In this document: positions 25,565-38,289 of the stretch, piece after piece
Numbering within the stretch: position 1 is the first letter of the stretch
Layout: each line of letters opens with the position of its first letter
Assembly (NCBI RefSeq): GCF_004010195.1
Contig: NC_057756.1
Span: forward strand, 165,660 to 223,530
Reading direction: 5' to 3'
From: Chiloscyllium plagiosum
Lineage: Eukaryota
DNA: 57,871 nucleotides
Notes under the pieces: generated by a model
Database searches by the model: none
The model's input: only the letters and a program-made list of their open reading frames with translations
Told to the model about the DNA's origin: nothing
Position numbers and translations under genes: made by a program

Positions 25565-26272
25565 TGTTATGAAATTGAAGGCGTGTACTGTACCTTTAGG
25601 AGAGTGAATGCTGTTCTGAACTGAGATTACAAGCACCTGTGTCATATGACTAGATGGCAGTCCCAGAGTGTACTGGAAAATTGAAAATATGTACATTTGG
25701 CTGTGAAATGGATACCTGAGTTTTTGTTGGTTAAATTCGAATTGTTGTCCAAACAGCCATCAGTTTTAATTATGTTCCAGAATGCTAAAACCCAATTAAG
25801 TTTGAAATGATTGTTTTGCCAACATTGTTCTCAACATCCGAATCTCACTGGTTCATAAAAAAAGGCAGGCATTTTGAAAATCAGACAGAGCAACTGCCAT
25901 CAACACAGATCCAAGAAATTAGGAAACATTCTCTATCAAACACTCTCTACCTTTTTCATATGAAACATATTCGCAGTAAAAAGAAAGACGATTCAGAGAA
26001 TTCAGCAACCGAAGAGTTGATGTAATTTTAATAAGTGTTTTATTGAAATAGCATATTGTTAGAGGCAGATAATAAGAGAAAGGGACCTTAGAGTTGGGAA
26101 TAGTTGTTGTTATTTAATGTTCACTTTTAGAGTTAAAGAATAAATTGATATTTTCCTAAAATCGTGCAATTCAGGAGTTCTGTCACTTATATTTTAACAG
26201 ATAATGAGGAGAGGTGAGCTTTTCTGGGAGTTTTGTTTAATTAACAGAAGGGTTCACCATTGTGCTGTAACA
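25565..26272. mobile_element. Solo LTR (708 bp), family unassigned
   Basis: TGTTA...TAACA termini; 5-bp TSD CTAAT (25560-25564 and 26273-26277); splits a CR1 3' UTR; paralog at 29086-29819. Confidence 0.85.
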
Positions 26273-26513
26273 CTAATGAATAACAGTAGGCTTGAGGGGC
26301 TAAGCAGCCTACTATAGCTTGTTTTTCTTACGGTCTTAAAGAAAGTTGAAAAGAAGGAATGAAAGAGAGAATGCAATGAAAACAGGAAGGAAGTGAAAGG
26401 GCATGAAGGTAGGAAGGAAGGCTTTTTACTTCCATAAAGCCTTTGGCTATCTCCTCTAACACGAATGAAGAATTTATTATTGTAACTCTGTAGCAGTTCA
26501 AATGTGTAATTAC

Positions 26514-26634
26514 CAGATTTGACAAACTTTAAAGCAGCGATCCTGAGTCCTGGTACATTTCAGAATGTTCCAGATATTGGAGACTTCAGGTGAAGAGGTA
26601 TAGCACTCGAGGCTGTTCATGTTGGAAGGTCCCT
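26514..26634 (-). CDS. LU domain N-half exon, one base out of phase
   Basis: tgtttcag|AG...TG|gtaatt; GPSNMNSLECYTSSPEVSNIWNILKCTRTQDRCFKV; 121 nt, so it ends in phase 2 instead of phase 1. Confidence 0.7.
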
Positions 26635-26977
26635 CTGAAACATTGGCATGGAATATTAAACTTTGGCTGCTCATACACAGGCTGGAAGACTTTGCAGTAA
26701 GCATTATAGCTCAAACTTTCAAATGCAACATCTCCAGATTTGTGAAGCTTCTGACATCCCATCTTGTAAAGACACAAGAAGTGGGACATGGCTAGATCTT
26801 TGTGCTTGCTCTGTCATTTGATACACTGTGACTGATCTTGTGTATAGATTCCAAGCTTATCACCATTTTTCATATCCCTGAGAGATTCAAAACTCTCCTG
26901 AAATCTGACTGAAATATACTCAATGACTCATGTTGAAACTCTAACCACAGAAATCAGCAATGTTGGCTAAACCACGT

Positions 26978-27612
26978 GATTTGATTTGATTTCTTATTGT
27001 CCCATGTACTGCAATACAGTGAAAAGTTGTTATTTGCGTGCTATCCAGACAAATCATACCTTACATAAGCACATCAGGGTAATAGAACAGAATGCAGAAT
27101 ATAGTGTTACAGCTACAGACAACAAGCAGAGAAAAATTAATTCAAATATGCAAGAGTCTGATAAAAGTGAGGGGCGGGGAAGATGTTGATACATGTTTTC
27201 AAAATTTTGTATCTTCTGTCCAATGGAAGAGAGAATAACTGAGGTATGAGGGGTCTTTGAATATGTTGGCTGCTCTCCCAAGGCAGCAAGAGGTATGTAC
27301 AGAGTCAATGAATGGGAGGCTTTTTTGTGTGATGGACTAGGCTGCGTTGACAACTTGCTGTAATTTCTTTCAGTCAAGGATAAAGCAGTTGTTACCATGG
27401 TGTGATGCATCCAGATAGGATGCTTTCTATGGTGCATCTACAAAAATTAAGGGTCGCTGGAGACACATTGAATTTCCTTAGCCTTCTGCGGAAGGTGTGC
27501 TTTCTTGACTGTAACATTGATGTGAATGGACCAGGACAGATCATTGGTGATATTTACTGTTAGGAGTTTGCCACTCTTGATTGTCTCCACTTCAGCACCA
27601 TACAGGAGTATG
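26978..27612 (-). mobile_element. Rex/RTE-like LINE 3' fragment
   Basis: (TGATT)n tail; NITNDLSWSIHINVTVKKAH; similar to 40920-41440; further pieces at 28672-28760 and after 32131. Confidence 0.65.
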
Positions 27613-28104
27613 TCCTCCACTCCACTTGCTGAATTTGAAGATGGCACACGGGGCAAGGTGACACTAGGCGTACAGAGACACAAGGTGGCTGCTGAGCCAT
27701 CAGTTGGCCAACTTGACACACAAGATGGAGAAAAGCAGCAGAGCAGATAAAAACACTGCCTGGAGCCACCAGAATGCCAGCACAATGCACTCACAGCTGA
27801 GTTGATTAGTTTAAGGTGGGTGGGGGAGAGAATACACATGAGTAACGAACACTGCCTGCCGAAATGTCTGGTCCAACCAACACCTTTTTATAGAAATGAT
27901 AACAGCTTGTTACAGACTCAATACGAAATGCTAATAGCTTCTCGGGAAGAGCGATTAATGCCCATTACTATAGCAATGGATTTTTGTGCAGACATTGAAA
28001 CTGAAAATGTCTCCGCTAAAACTGACAATGACCACATGTAAATTAACAAAGGCTGCGCTAGAACTGATAAAGACTGTATTGATGCAATCAACGATTCAGC
28101 AATG

Positions 28105-28438
28105 ATAGAACATAGAACATAGAACATAGAAGAATACAGCGCAGTACAGGCCCTTGGGCCCTCGATGTTGCGCCGAACCAAGCCCACCTAAACTACACTA
28201 ACCCACTATCCTCCATATACCTATCCAAATGCCTCTTAAATGTTGCAATTGTACCAGCCTCCACCTGACTCAGTATTCACATCGACGACAATGCCCTGTT
28301 CCTGAGTAAATACTGAAGAAAAGTATTCATTCAGTGTCTCCCCAATCTCTTCCGCCTCCACACGCAACTTCCCACTACTATCCTTGACTGGACCTATTCC
28401 TACCCTAGTCATTCTTTTATTCCTAACATACCTATAGA
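28105..28438 (-). mobile_element. CR1 3' end and fragments
   Basis: (ATAGAAC)n tail followed by acagcgcagtacaggccc. Confidence 0.75.
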
Positions 28439-28671
28439 TGTTAGGATTGCTATAAACAAACCATCTTATAAAGACAATAATCTCGTCACTGACCTATTCT
28501 ATCAAAAGAGGTATAAAAGTTTCTTGACATGCGTTCTAGGTCAAGAGAAGACTCGCAGCTGACCACTGGTGTTGGTGTCTTTCTCTTCCCCGGAGCTCCA
28601 GTATTTTCTCGTGCAATAAACTCTGTCATTGAACCCCAATTCTGACTCCGAGACTGGTGTCAGACACAACA
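28439..28671 (+). mobile_element. Short solo-LTR-like element (233 bp)
   Basis: TGTT...AACA termini, TATAAA near 28512, AATAAA near 28615; no clear TSD. Confidence 0.55.
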
Positions 28672-28759
28672 AAGTCAATAACCAGCTCCTTCATTTTTGC
28701 TGACATTGAGGGAAAGATTGTTATCTTTACAACATGCCACTAAGATCTTCATCTCTTCT

Positions 28760-29085
28760 GGGGACTCAGTGGATAGCACTGCTGTCTCGCAGCATGAGGT
28801 ACTCTGGTTTGATTCCAGCCTTTGGAGACTGTGTGGAGTTTGCACATTCTCCCATGTCTGCATAGGTTTCCTCTGGGTGCTCTGGTTTCCTCCACAGTCC
28901 AAAGATGTGCAGGCCATGGACACTTTACCATGGCCAATTCACCTAGTTTTCAGGGATGTGTAAGTGCATTAGTCAGGGGAAATATAGAGTATTAAGGTAG
29001 GGAAATGGGTCTGGGTGGGTTACTCTTCGGAGGTCAATGTGGTCTTGTTGGGCCAAATAGCCTGTTTTTCACACTGAAGGGATTC
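28760..29085 (+). mobile_element. HE1-like SINE
   Basis: ctcagtggatagcactgctg head, core, and gggattc end. Confidence 0.85.
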
Positions 29086-29819
29086 TGTTATGAAGTTGAA
29101 GGCGTGTGCTGTACCTTTTTGAGAAAGTGAATCTGTTCTGAGCTTACAAACACCTATGATATGACTAGATGGCAGTCCCAGAGTGTACTGGAAAATTAAA
29201 AATAGTAACATTTGGCTATGAAATGGGTACCTGAGTTTTGGTTGCTGTTTTGACGACAATTTGAATTTTAACCAATCAGTTTAAATTATGTTCCAGGATG
29301 CTAAACCCCAACTGAGTTTGAATTAATTGTTTTGCCAACATTGAACCAATGAGGTGATCCGATGTTGGGGATATAAAAATGCGGACGTTTTGAAAACTGA
29401 GGAGAGAGCAACTGCCATCAAAACAGATCCAAGGAATTTAGAAACATTCTCTATCAAAGGTACCTTTTTCATATGAAATATTCACAGTAAAAAAGAAAGA
29501 TGACCCAGGGAATTCAGCAACAGAAGAGTGAAGTCACAGAAGATGACACTGGCTGTATGGTTTTGAATTTAAATTTAATGTAATTTTTTAATAAGTGTCT
29601 TATTGGAACAACGTATTGTTCTTGAGTTGGAGGCAGGTTAAGAGCAAAGGGGGCTTAGAGTTGGGAATAGTTGTTTAATGTTCACTGAGTTTAAAAAATA
29701 CATTATTGTTTTCTTTTGTGGAATTTGGGAATTTTCTGTCACTCATATTTTAACAGATTGAGGTGAGCTTTTCTGGATGTTTGGTTTAATTAAGAGGAGT
29801 TCACCGCTGTGTCATAACA
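29086..29819. mobile_element. Second copy of the 25565-26272 LTR family
   Basis: TGTTATGA...TCATAACA termini; colinear with 25565-26272 in the same orientation; TSD not evident. Confidence 0.8.
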
Positions 29820-30264
29820 TGCTTCAATGATTCTTCTCTGTACAGTAAAAACTCAATTATCCGAATACCAATTATGCGAAAATCAGATTATCCGAACAGA
29901 ATCTGATGGTCCCGTGAAACTGTTACAACAAAGTGATAATGGTGTCGCCATCACGTCTTTTGTTAGCAGCACAGAGTAATGAGGATTGCCTACACTGAAG
30001 AAGATCTGCAAATTTTGCATTAAAAAGGTGTTAATGACACTGCTGCAACAATCTCAGTCAGTCAATTGTAGCAGTGTTAACATAATTTTAACCAACAATA
30101 GTGCAAAAATCGATCGGCTCTTTAATTTAACTGAGGAAAACAGGGGGGTACTCGAACAAAAAATGATGTGCGAGCATTGCAACAGATAAGGTGTTAATGA
30201 CACTGGTCCGAGAACCTTAGTCAGTCAATTGTCATAGCATTAAAATAATTTAATCCACATGCCA

Positions 30265-30575
30265 GGGGCGGCATGGTGGCTCAGTGGTTAGCACTGCTGC
30301 CTCACAACACCAGGGTCCCAGGTTCAATTCCAGCCTTGGGCAACTGTCTGTGTAGAGTTTGCACATTCTCCTTGTGTCTGCGTGGATTTCCTCTGGGTGC
30401 TCCAGTTTCCTCCCAGTCCAAAGATGTGCAGGTCAGGTGAATTGGCCATCTAAATTGCCCATAGTGCTAGATGCATTAGTCAGAGGGGGGGAGTGGGTTA
30501 CTCTTTGGAGGGTTGGTCTGGACTGTTTGGGCTGAAGTTCCTGTTTCCACACTGTAGGGAATCTAATCTAAAAAA
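30265..30575 (+). mobile_element. HE1-like SINE nested in the pogo element
   Basis: A box TGGCTCAGTGG, B box GGTTCAATTCC, (ATCTA)n tail. Confidence 0.92.
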
Positions 30576-30619
30576 ACTGACATACTGAACGCCTCCACAC
30601 CAGTGCGTCTGATCAGTGT

Positions 30620-31860
30620 TTCGGCGGGCTAGTTACAGCGCTCCAAACATCGTCATGGCACTTGGCAGCTCAGCGTTCTTGAGGAGCGGAAGTCTGTGGA
30701 TGACAGCACAGTGGAAGACTGCAGACTATGACTGCAATCCATCATTCACGAAGGAAAGTATGAACCTGAGCAATTGTACAATGCAGATGAAAATGGATTG
30801 TACTGGCGTGCATTGCCAGATAAAACGCTTGCATCCACTGTGGAAAAGCAGGTGTTGGGACATAAAGTGCAGAAGGATCAGATCACAATTTTCCCTTGTG
30901 CCAATGCCACCAGCAATCATAAACTATTGCTTGTCTGCATTGGGCGATATACTAATCCCCATTGCTTTAAGAACTGTGACAAGAACTCGTTTCCCGTGAG
31001 GTACAAAGCACATAATAAGGCATGGATGACATATCCCTTTTTCTCACCCTGGTTCCATGAAGACTTTGTACCCGCTGTCAGGTCACATTTGTCAAACAAA
31101 GGGCTCTAGCAACGTGTCCTTCTGCTTGTTGACAACGCGGGGGCACACACTGTGAAAGGCAGCCAGTTGCAAACCGCAGACGGAACTATCAAGTGTTTGT
31201 TTCTCCCACCCAACACCACTTCAAGGTTACAGCCACTTGATCAGGGAATCATTGCAATTATGAAAAAATATTGCCGCCGTGACATGTTGCGTGCTGTCCT
31301 GGGTGAAGACAATGCTGACAAAGGACTGCTGGAAATCATTAAGGCAATCACAGTCAAGGACGCTCTGTCCATGATTGCCGACTGTTGGGACCGCATCATG
31401 CCATCAACAATTGCAGACTGTTGGTACAACAGCTTGCTTATTGGGAGCCGTGCCAGTGAAGCGAACACCCGTCCAGAACAAAGCATAACCACTGAAATCA
31501 CCAGAAAACTGCAGACATCTGGGTTTAGGAGAATTTGCAGAGACAGAGATTGATGCTTGGGTGAACTGTGACAACGAAATTGGAACAGAGACCCTCACCG
31601 ATGATCAAATAGTAAACGTAGTCACAGAGGAATAACAGGACTGTATGAATGGTGTGGATAGCAAGGAAAATCTGATACCGGCACCACCTCCAGTCCCCGT
31701 TAATGAAGCTATTGACAGTTTTCAACTGTTCACGGAGTGGTACGAAGCACAAGATGAAGTTGATGCCGTTAAATTGATGCATCTTCGTTACATGTTACTG
31801 TTCACAAAAAATACAGCTCTTCCTCAAGCAACAGCGGTTGGATAATTTCTTCGGAAATAA
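30620..31860 (+). pseudogene. pogo transposase DDE domain (DD35D), disrupted
   Basis: YNADENGLYWRALPDKTL, LLLVDNAGAH, FLPPNTTSRLQPLDQG (35 residues between D2 and D3); in-frame TAG at 31107, frameshifts, N-terminal HTH missing. Confidence 0.9.
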
Positions 31861-32249
31861 TAAACAACCTCCACCTCAATGAATTCTTTTTATTGTACAG
31901 GATACAACGCAGATCACTTTTTGTAAAATGTCATGAATTTTTAAGCAATATGCAGTGTTTGTAAAGATTTTAACGATTAAATGAAATAAACACTCCTGTT
32001 AGCATGCTTTTTAAGGCAATTATGGGCAGTGCAGCTTCCTTTGTTTAACGTCAAATCAATTTACCGAATAATCAATTATCCGAATGAAAACCTGCCCACC
32101 AAGGACTTCGGATAATCGAGGTTCCACTGTATTCGGTCTTGTTACTGTTTGAGATCCAACCCATGATTGCTATGGTTGCACTAAATGATCGAGCAAGTTC
32201 AAAGATTTAGCCATGTCCCAGTTCTTCTGTCCTTTTTGAGTATGGGTGT

Positions 32250-32515
32250 AGATTAGATTAGATTAGATTACATTAGTGTGGAAACAGGCCCTTCGGCCCA
32301 ACAAGTCCACACCGACCNNNNNNNNNNNNNNNNNNNNNNNNNNNNNNNNNNNNNNNNNNNNNNNNNNNNNNNNNNNNNNNNNNNNNNNNNNNNNNNNNNN
32401 NNNNNNNNNNNNNNNNNNNNNNNNNNNNNNNNNNNNNNNNNNNNNNNNNNTCTGGCGCTGTGAGGCAGCAGTGCTAACCACTGTGCCACCGTGCCGCCCA
32501 ACTGTGCCACCGTGT
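32250..32515 (-). mobile_element. HE1-like SINE spanning an N gap
   Basis: (AGATT)n tail and tRNA head flank the gap at 32318-32450. Confidence 0.8.
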
Positions 32516-32714
32516 AGCCAATGCTTGCTTCATTCTTGTCAGAGAGAAGGTAATGTACTCCCTACTCTTAGTAATGAATTTCATTCACTTTCCCTCCTAT
32601 TCCCTCACTGCACTTAATAGTAGCATGGGCTGCTTTCATTTCTGTCTATGTCTAGCTCTATGAAGATGTTATCTGAAATATGCTAACTGAAATAAGTTAT
32701 CTGAAACCACTCCG

Positions 32715-32957
32715 GCGACTCTCTGTGTGGAGTTTGCATATTCTCCCCATATCTGCATGGGTTTCCTCTGGGTGCTCCGGTTTCCTGCCACAATCCAAAA
32801 ATGTGCAGGTCAGGTGAATTGGCCATGCTAAATTGCCCGTAGTGTTAGGTGAAGGGGTAAATGTGGGGGAGTGGGTCTGGGTGGGTTGCGCTTCGGCAGG
32901 TCGGTATGGACTTGTTGGGCCGAAGGGCCTGTTTCCACACTGTAATCTAATCTAATT
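32715..32957 (+). mobile_element. HE1-like SINE, 5'-truncated
   Basis: Core plus (ATCTA)n tail. Confidence 0.88.
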
Positions 32958-33897
32958 TAGAATATCATTGACTGTACGTTGACTAATTCTTAGACTGGAA
33001 AACACACTTTATGCAACGTGAAGCAGATTAGCTGCAACTTGCAAACCTGTTTGACTGGACTGACTGTTCAGAAAATTCAGAGAAAGAGAATTGTGGATTT
33101 GAATATTTTGGATTTGAACAGTCTGAGAAATCCTGTCTCCCATTTTTTTTTTGTCGTAAAACTCATTAACGTTTGAGTTGATCACTCATCTCAAGGCACT
33201 CACAAGTAGACATTGCTAAGGGGGAAATTAGAATATACTACCACTACCTTCAGGGAAAGAATACTCAGCCAGCCACAACTGATCCAGGAAGACATGCCAA
33301 TGCTTACGGCTTGTGTGCAAAGTGACTAGTTACAGATAAGTATTTAGGACCACAATCTAATTTGTCTTAACTTTTCTGACGCTTGGTCTCAATACTTTAA
33401 AGTCTATATTCTACAATGTTTTTGATTTCTCCAGACCGGAGTGTGCATGTGACTTTGTGCAGCAAAATGTGCTTGTGTGTCAGTTTTCAAAGAATGCTAC
33501 TGCATATGCTTGCAGTTTATCATTTAGTGAATCACCTTTACACCTTCCTTCATTTTATTTGCAATCAGCTAGTTCTTCATTTGCAACCAAAGCAAAATGC
33601 TGCAAATGCTGGACTTCTGAAATGAAAACTGTGCTGGAGAAATATAGTACCTAATTCTTTGGGTTAGTAAGCAATAACACTCAGCCATCATACACCCTAG
33701 AAACCTTAACACTGGAGTGAGCTGAGTGGGCTGAATGGTCTACTTCTGCTCCAATTTTCTACTTTTTTTGAATTTTGAGAGACAGATTAAACACTCTCTT
33801 CTAATTCTGGTTTTTAAACTTCGAGGGATATGCTACAAAGTGTATGGTTTCATGACACTGAAAACTTGGCTCACTAGACTGCATATCTCAGGCTTAC

Positions 33898-34035
33898 CCA
33901 TGAAAGGCTCATCATTACACAGATCGGAATTGCAGCTTTTGCATATCTGGTTTAAATGTTTTTCTGTAAATGCCACTGAGGTATTTCCTTCACACCTTGC
34001 ACAGCCTTTAAGAAACATGTCTTGCTTGATTCCGG
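33898..34035 (-). CDS. LU domain C-half exon
   Basis: ttctctatctttgcag|CC...ATGG|gtaagc, 138 nt, phase 1-1; GIKQDMFLKGCARCEGNTSVAFTEKHLNQICKSCNSDLCNDEPFM; splices in frame to 26634. Confidence 0.85.
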
Positions 34036-34384
34036 CTGCAAAGATAGAGAACGTGGTCAACTTTCAAGGTACATCCTTTGTCACTTTTCAACAATGTGTT
34101 TTCTCTGCCCATTTCCCATCCATCTATCACCCATTTGTTAATATACCTGTTCATTAATGTATTAGTTTTCTTATGAAGTTAGTAACTCACCAAACTACAT
34201 CACTATCCATTTGTGAATTGTTCCTTTTGCTTACATAACATACCTTTATTTGTTGAGATAATGTTGCCATTGTCCTAGTAGATGCATAAAAATCTAAAAA
34301 GGCATTTGACCCAGTACTCATACAGAGCTGAGGAAAACCCTGAGTGGGGTTTGGGGGAGCAAAGTCACTCGTTCAGAAACATAC

Positions 34385-34502
34385 AGCCCAACGATGCTGG
34401 AGGCATTCAGTTTTAGCAAAGGACAGAGTGTTAAGGGATGTCTGCTTTCACTTTTCAATATCTTAGAAGCAATAGCTCCATGATCATCAATGAGTCTGTT
34501 CT
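34385..34502 (-). pseudogene. Degenerate exon, probable LU N-half
   Basis: Perfect TACTAAC branch point, cacag| acceptor and |gtatgt donor; pieces TDSLM, YCF, CP..AKTECL fall in different frames. Confidence 0.4.
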
Positions 34503-34569
34503 CTGTGTACAATGTTAGTAAGCGTATCATAAAAGTCACAAAACACTGGAGAAGCTTGGCATCTGTATT

Positions 34570-34915
34570 ACAGAATCCCTACAATGTGAAAGCAAGGCAT
34601 TTAGCCATTGAGTCCACACTGCCCCTCCAAAACACCCCATTCCTCCATCTCTGTAACACTGCATTTTCCAAGACTAATGTACCTAGCCTTCACAGCCATG
34701 GACACTATGGACAATGTAACCCTGCATTTCCCATGGCCAATCCACCTAAGCTACACATCTTTGGACTAGATAAGGAAACCAGAACACCTGAAGAAACCCA
34801 TACCAGCACAGGTACAATGTTCAAACTCCACACAGTCGCCCAAGATTGGAATCTAACCCAGGTCCCTGGCATTGTGAGGCAACAGTGCTAACCACTGAGC
34901 TACCGCGCCGCCCCC
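34570..34915 (-). mobile_element. HE1-like SINE
   Basis: Reverse tRNA head ctaaccactgagctaccgcgccgccc and core. Confidence 0.8.
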
Positions 34916-34959
34916 ATGGAAGTTACATGGAAGTCACATAGAATCATTGAGAGTTGTGA

Positions 34960-37900
34960 ATGATGTTGCGAATTCTGCAATCATCAGCAAATATCCCCAC
35001 TTCTGACTTTACAGTGGAGGGAAGGTCATTGAATTTGCTTGGACCTCTGACACTGCACTGAGGAACACCTGCAGAGATGTCTTAAAGCTGAGATAAGTGA
35101 CCAAAACCATATTTTTATGTGTTAGGTATGACTCCAACCAGTAGAGCTTTTGCCTCCAATTCATATTGACTCTGACTCTAATTTTGCCAGAGCTTCTTGA
35201 AGTCACACTTGGCAAAATGCAGCTTTAGTATCAAGAACAGCCTCACCTCATCTCTTGAAGTTGAGCTTTTTTAGAATCATCAAATTTTATAGTGCAGACG
35301 AGACCATTCCTGAAAGCGCTACCCAGTTAGGGCTGGAGAATTTGACTATCTCTAGAGCCCTCTAAATTAATCTCTTTTAAATATAGATCCAGATCTCTTT
35401 TGAAACCTCTTATGGAATCTGGATCTATCTCTCTGACTAAAGAAGTTTCTCTTCATCGCAGTCCTACCCTCTTGCTGACAATCTTGAAATTGTGATTCCT
35501 AGTTACTGACATACTATTGGAAACAAAATGTCTTTCTTTATCCCTGGTATCGTTCTCATAAATCTCCTTTGAACCTGTCCAGGACTTTAACGTTCTTCCT
35601 TAATTAAACTGAACACAATACTCCAAATGATGTCTGACCAATCATTTGCAGAGGTTTGGCATCACTTCCTTATCTTTTATATTCTATGCCTCTACTTATA
35701 AATCCAAAGATCTTTGAAGCCACCTTCACAAAGATTTCAAATTACCTGGCCACCTTCAAGGTGCATCTGCTCCTGAACCATCCCACCCTTAGCCAAAGTT
35801 GTACCATTGAGCCTGTATTGTCTCTCCATGATTCTTCTACCATATTGCATTACCTCACATTACTCTGCATTGAAATTCATCTGCCAGGTGTCTGTCCATT
35901 TGGCCAAATTGTTAATGTTCCTCTGAAGTCACTCAGTGTCATCTTCACAATTCACTATTCTCCCCAGCATCGTATCATGTGCAAATTTAGAGATTTTGCC
36001 CTCAACACTCATTCCCAAATTATTTATAGAATAGAAACCCTATAGTGTGGAAACAAGCTATCTGGCCCAACAAGTCCATACCAACCCTCCAAAGAGTATC
36101 CCACCCTGGTCCATTTCCCTACCCTATAAACTTATATTTCCCATTTCTGATAAATATGTAAAATATATTTATATAATCAGAAAAAGCAAGGGTCCAAGCC
36201 TGATCACTAGGGAACACCACTCTCAATTTAATTCCAATCTAAGAATTGCTCATCTATACCTGCCCTGTGTTTCCTTTCTTCTGGCCAATTTCAAACCCGT
36301 GCTGCCCAAAGGACCTATCAATCCCAAACATTTCTAATTTTATCCATGTTTGGATCAACGTTATAATGAAGCAGGAGTTCCTAACTTAGTCAGCACCAGT
36401 GCAAGTATGATATGGTCTTAGTCCTACCCCTTACATTTTTTTCATAACGTAGCAGTAGGCCCTTCAGCTACTGGATTTTGTTCTACCATTGAATGAGATC
36501 ACAACTGATCTGTATCCTAAATCCATAGACCTCCTTTTGGCATATTGCTTAATAGCTTTGCTAAACAAAAATAAAGATGTCTCAGATTTAAAATTAACAT
36601 CTACTGTTGTTTCTGGAAAAGAGTTCCAAACATCTAACACCCTTTGTGCACCCTAATATCTCTCCTAAGTGGTCTGGCCCTAATTATCACACTATTCCTC
36701 CTAGATCTGGAATTTCCCAACCAATTGAAATAATTTATCTTGATCTACCCGATCTTTTCCTGTTAACATCCTAAAGACTTCAATCAAATTGCCTTTAACC
36801 TTCTAAATTCTAGATCAAATGAGCCTAATTTGTAATTTCTCCTCAAAACTTAATCCTGAAGTGCAGATATTATCATGTAAATCCAAGGCCAATCTATCCT
36901 TTCTCCATGTGGATTCTAACCAGAGTTTTATATAATTGCAGCATAACTTCAGCATCCTCATATTTCAGTGCTCTAGATATTAGATTTCTTGTTTATTTCC
37001 TGCATCTGTTCATGGCATTTCAACTCTCAAATCCCTTCGGATATTCACTGCATTTAGCTTCATACCATCTACAAATATCCAGAGCTACCCCTTTCTGTCG
37101 AAAATGGATGACTTCACATGCTAGCTTACATAACGTACACACAATGATTAGTTTCTTATCGAGACAGATATCTTAAAGTTTAATAAGAGCACTGTTTATG
37201 TTACTGTATTATCACAGACTTGTGTAAAGCATGGGTTCTGAGCTCACCGATATGACTGTATATTACGTGCGCATGAGCACACTCCACTGACCCCATTATC
37301 ATCTGATAATGACTGAACCTTTATACAGTGTCACATGTGATGTAACTGTACACTGCCTCTCTTGTCTAAAATCTGTGCTGTGACACTACAGATTCAATGT
37401 ATCACAACAAAAACAAAAGTTAGAATCTCCAGAAAATTACCAGTGGATATTATGGTTGAAATTGTCACGCATCTGCTCATCTCTTTGCGGCATGTGATTG
37501 TCTCGGTCATGCATGTACGTTTTTCTTTGGAGCAAGAGTAACAGGTCAGAGTTTGCGCCGGAAAAAGAGTGAAACAAATTCAAACAGTTAAATACTATGG
37601 CTACAAGAGCAGGTTAGAGACTAGGAATGCTGCTGCATGTAACTCATCTTCTTACTCCCCAAAACTTGCCGCCATCAACAAGGCACAAATCAGAAATGTG
37701 ATGGAATATTCCCCATTTGCCTGGATGGATGCAGCTCAAGACACCGTCCCCGTCAAAGCAGCCCACTTGATTGACACTGCATCCATAAACATCCACTCCC
37801 TCCACCACCAATGACAAGGAAGCAAATGTACTACAGCCAAATTTGGAAAATGAGTTTAATTGAAAACATTGATCAGATCACACCTTAATCTTCCAAATTC

Positions 37901-38250
37901 TAGAAAAGGCAGGGCCAATGTGTATAATCTCTCCCTGGAATTCCAGGTATCATTCTTGTAAACTGACATTTTACTCCCTCCAAGGCCAGCGTAGCCATTA
38001 TAAGGTGTGGTGCCCCAGATCTGCTTGTGGTACTGCAAGCGTGTCTGACCTGAGCTTTGAATCTCTCTGCTTCCACTGCATCATAGTTTGGGAATGTAAG
38101 AACTAAGGTCATGAGTAGGCCATTCAGCCCCTCTACCCCACTCCACCATTTAATACAATCATGGCTGATCTCATTTAAGCCAGTTACTATCTTGCCCACT
38201 CTAACCCTTTACTCACTAAAAATCTACTCCTTAAATTAACTGGCATCCAC
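34960..38250. mobile_element. Old L2/CR1 fragments
   Basis: WLESYLTHKNMVLV; KAQIRNVMEYSPFAWMDAA; ALEGVKCQFTRMIPG; CR1 tails. Confidence 0.6.
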
Positions 38251-38289
38251 AGCATGCTGGGGTGGCAAAGGGGAGGCAGCTCACCACTC

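Larger units (their letters stand above)
29843..32129 (+). mobile_element. pogo/Tigger DNA transposon, internally deleted
   Basis: TA TSDs; 23-bp TIRs CAGTAAAAACTCAATTATCCGAA and CAGTGGAACCTCGATTATCCGAA (4 mismatches); subterminal ATTATCCGAA repeats. Confidence 0.93.

Noticed and set aside
25565..29819. Single LTR retrotransposon bounded by these two LTRs
   Set aside because: The first LTR has its own TSD; no PBS or coding region between them; the outer flanks do not match.
30265..30340. tRNA genes at A-box/B-box motifs (also at other SINE heads)
   Set aside because: They are tRNA-derived SINE heads followed by the SINE core and tail.
30620..31860. Domesticated TIGD/JRK-like host gene
   Set aside because: TIRs and TA TSDs are present, there is an in-frame stop, and the DNA-binding domain is missing.
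37145..37385. Possible short solo LTR
   Set aside because: Ends in TGACA, but the left terminus and TSD could not be defined.
37900..38199. Possible host exon on the minus strand
   Set aside because: The peptide ALEGVKCQFTRMIPG identifies a decayed CR1 ORF2.
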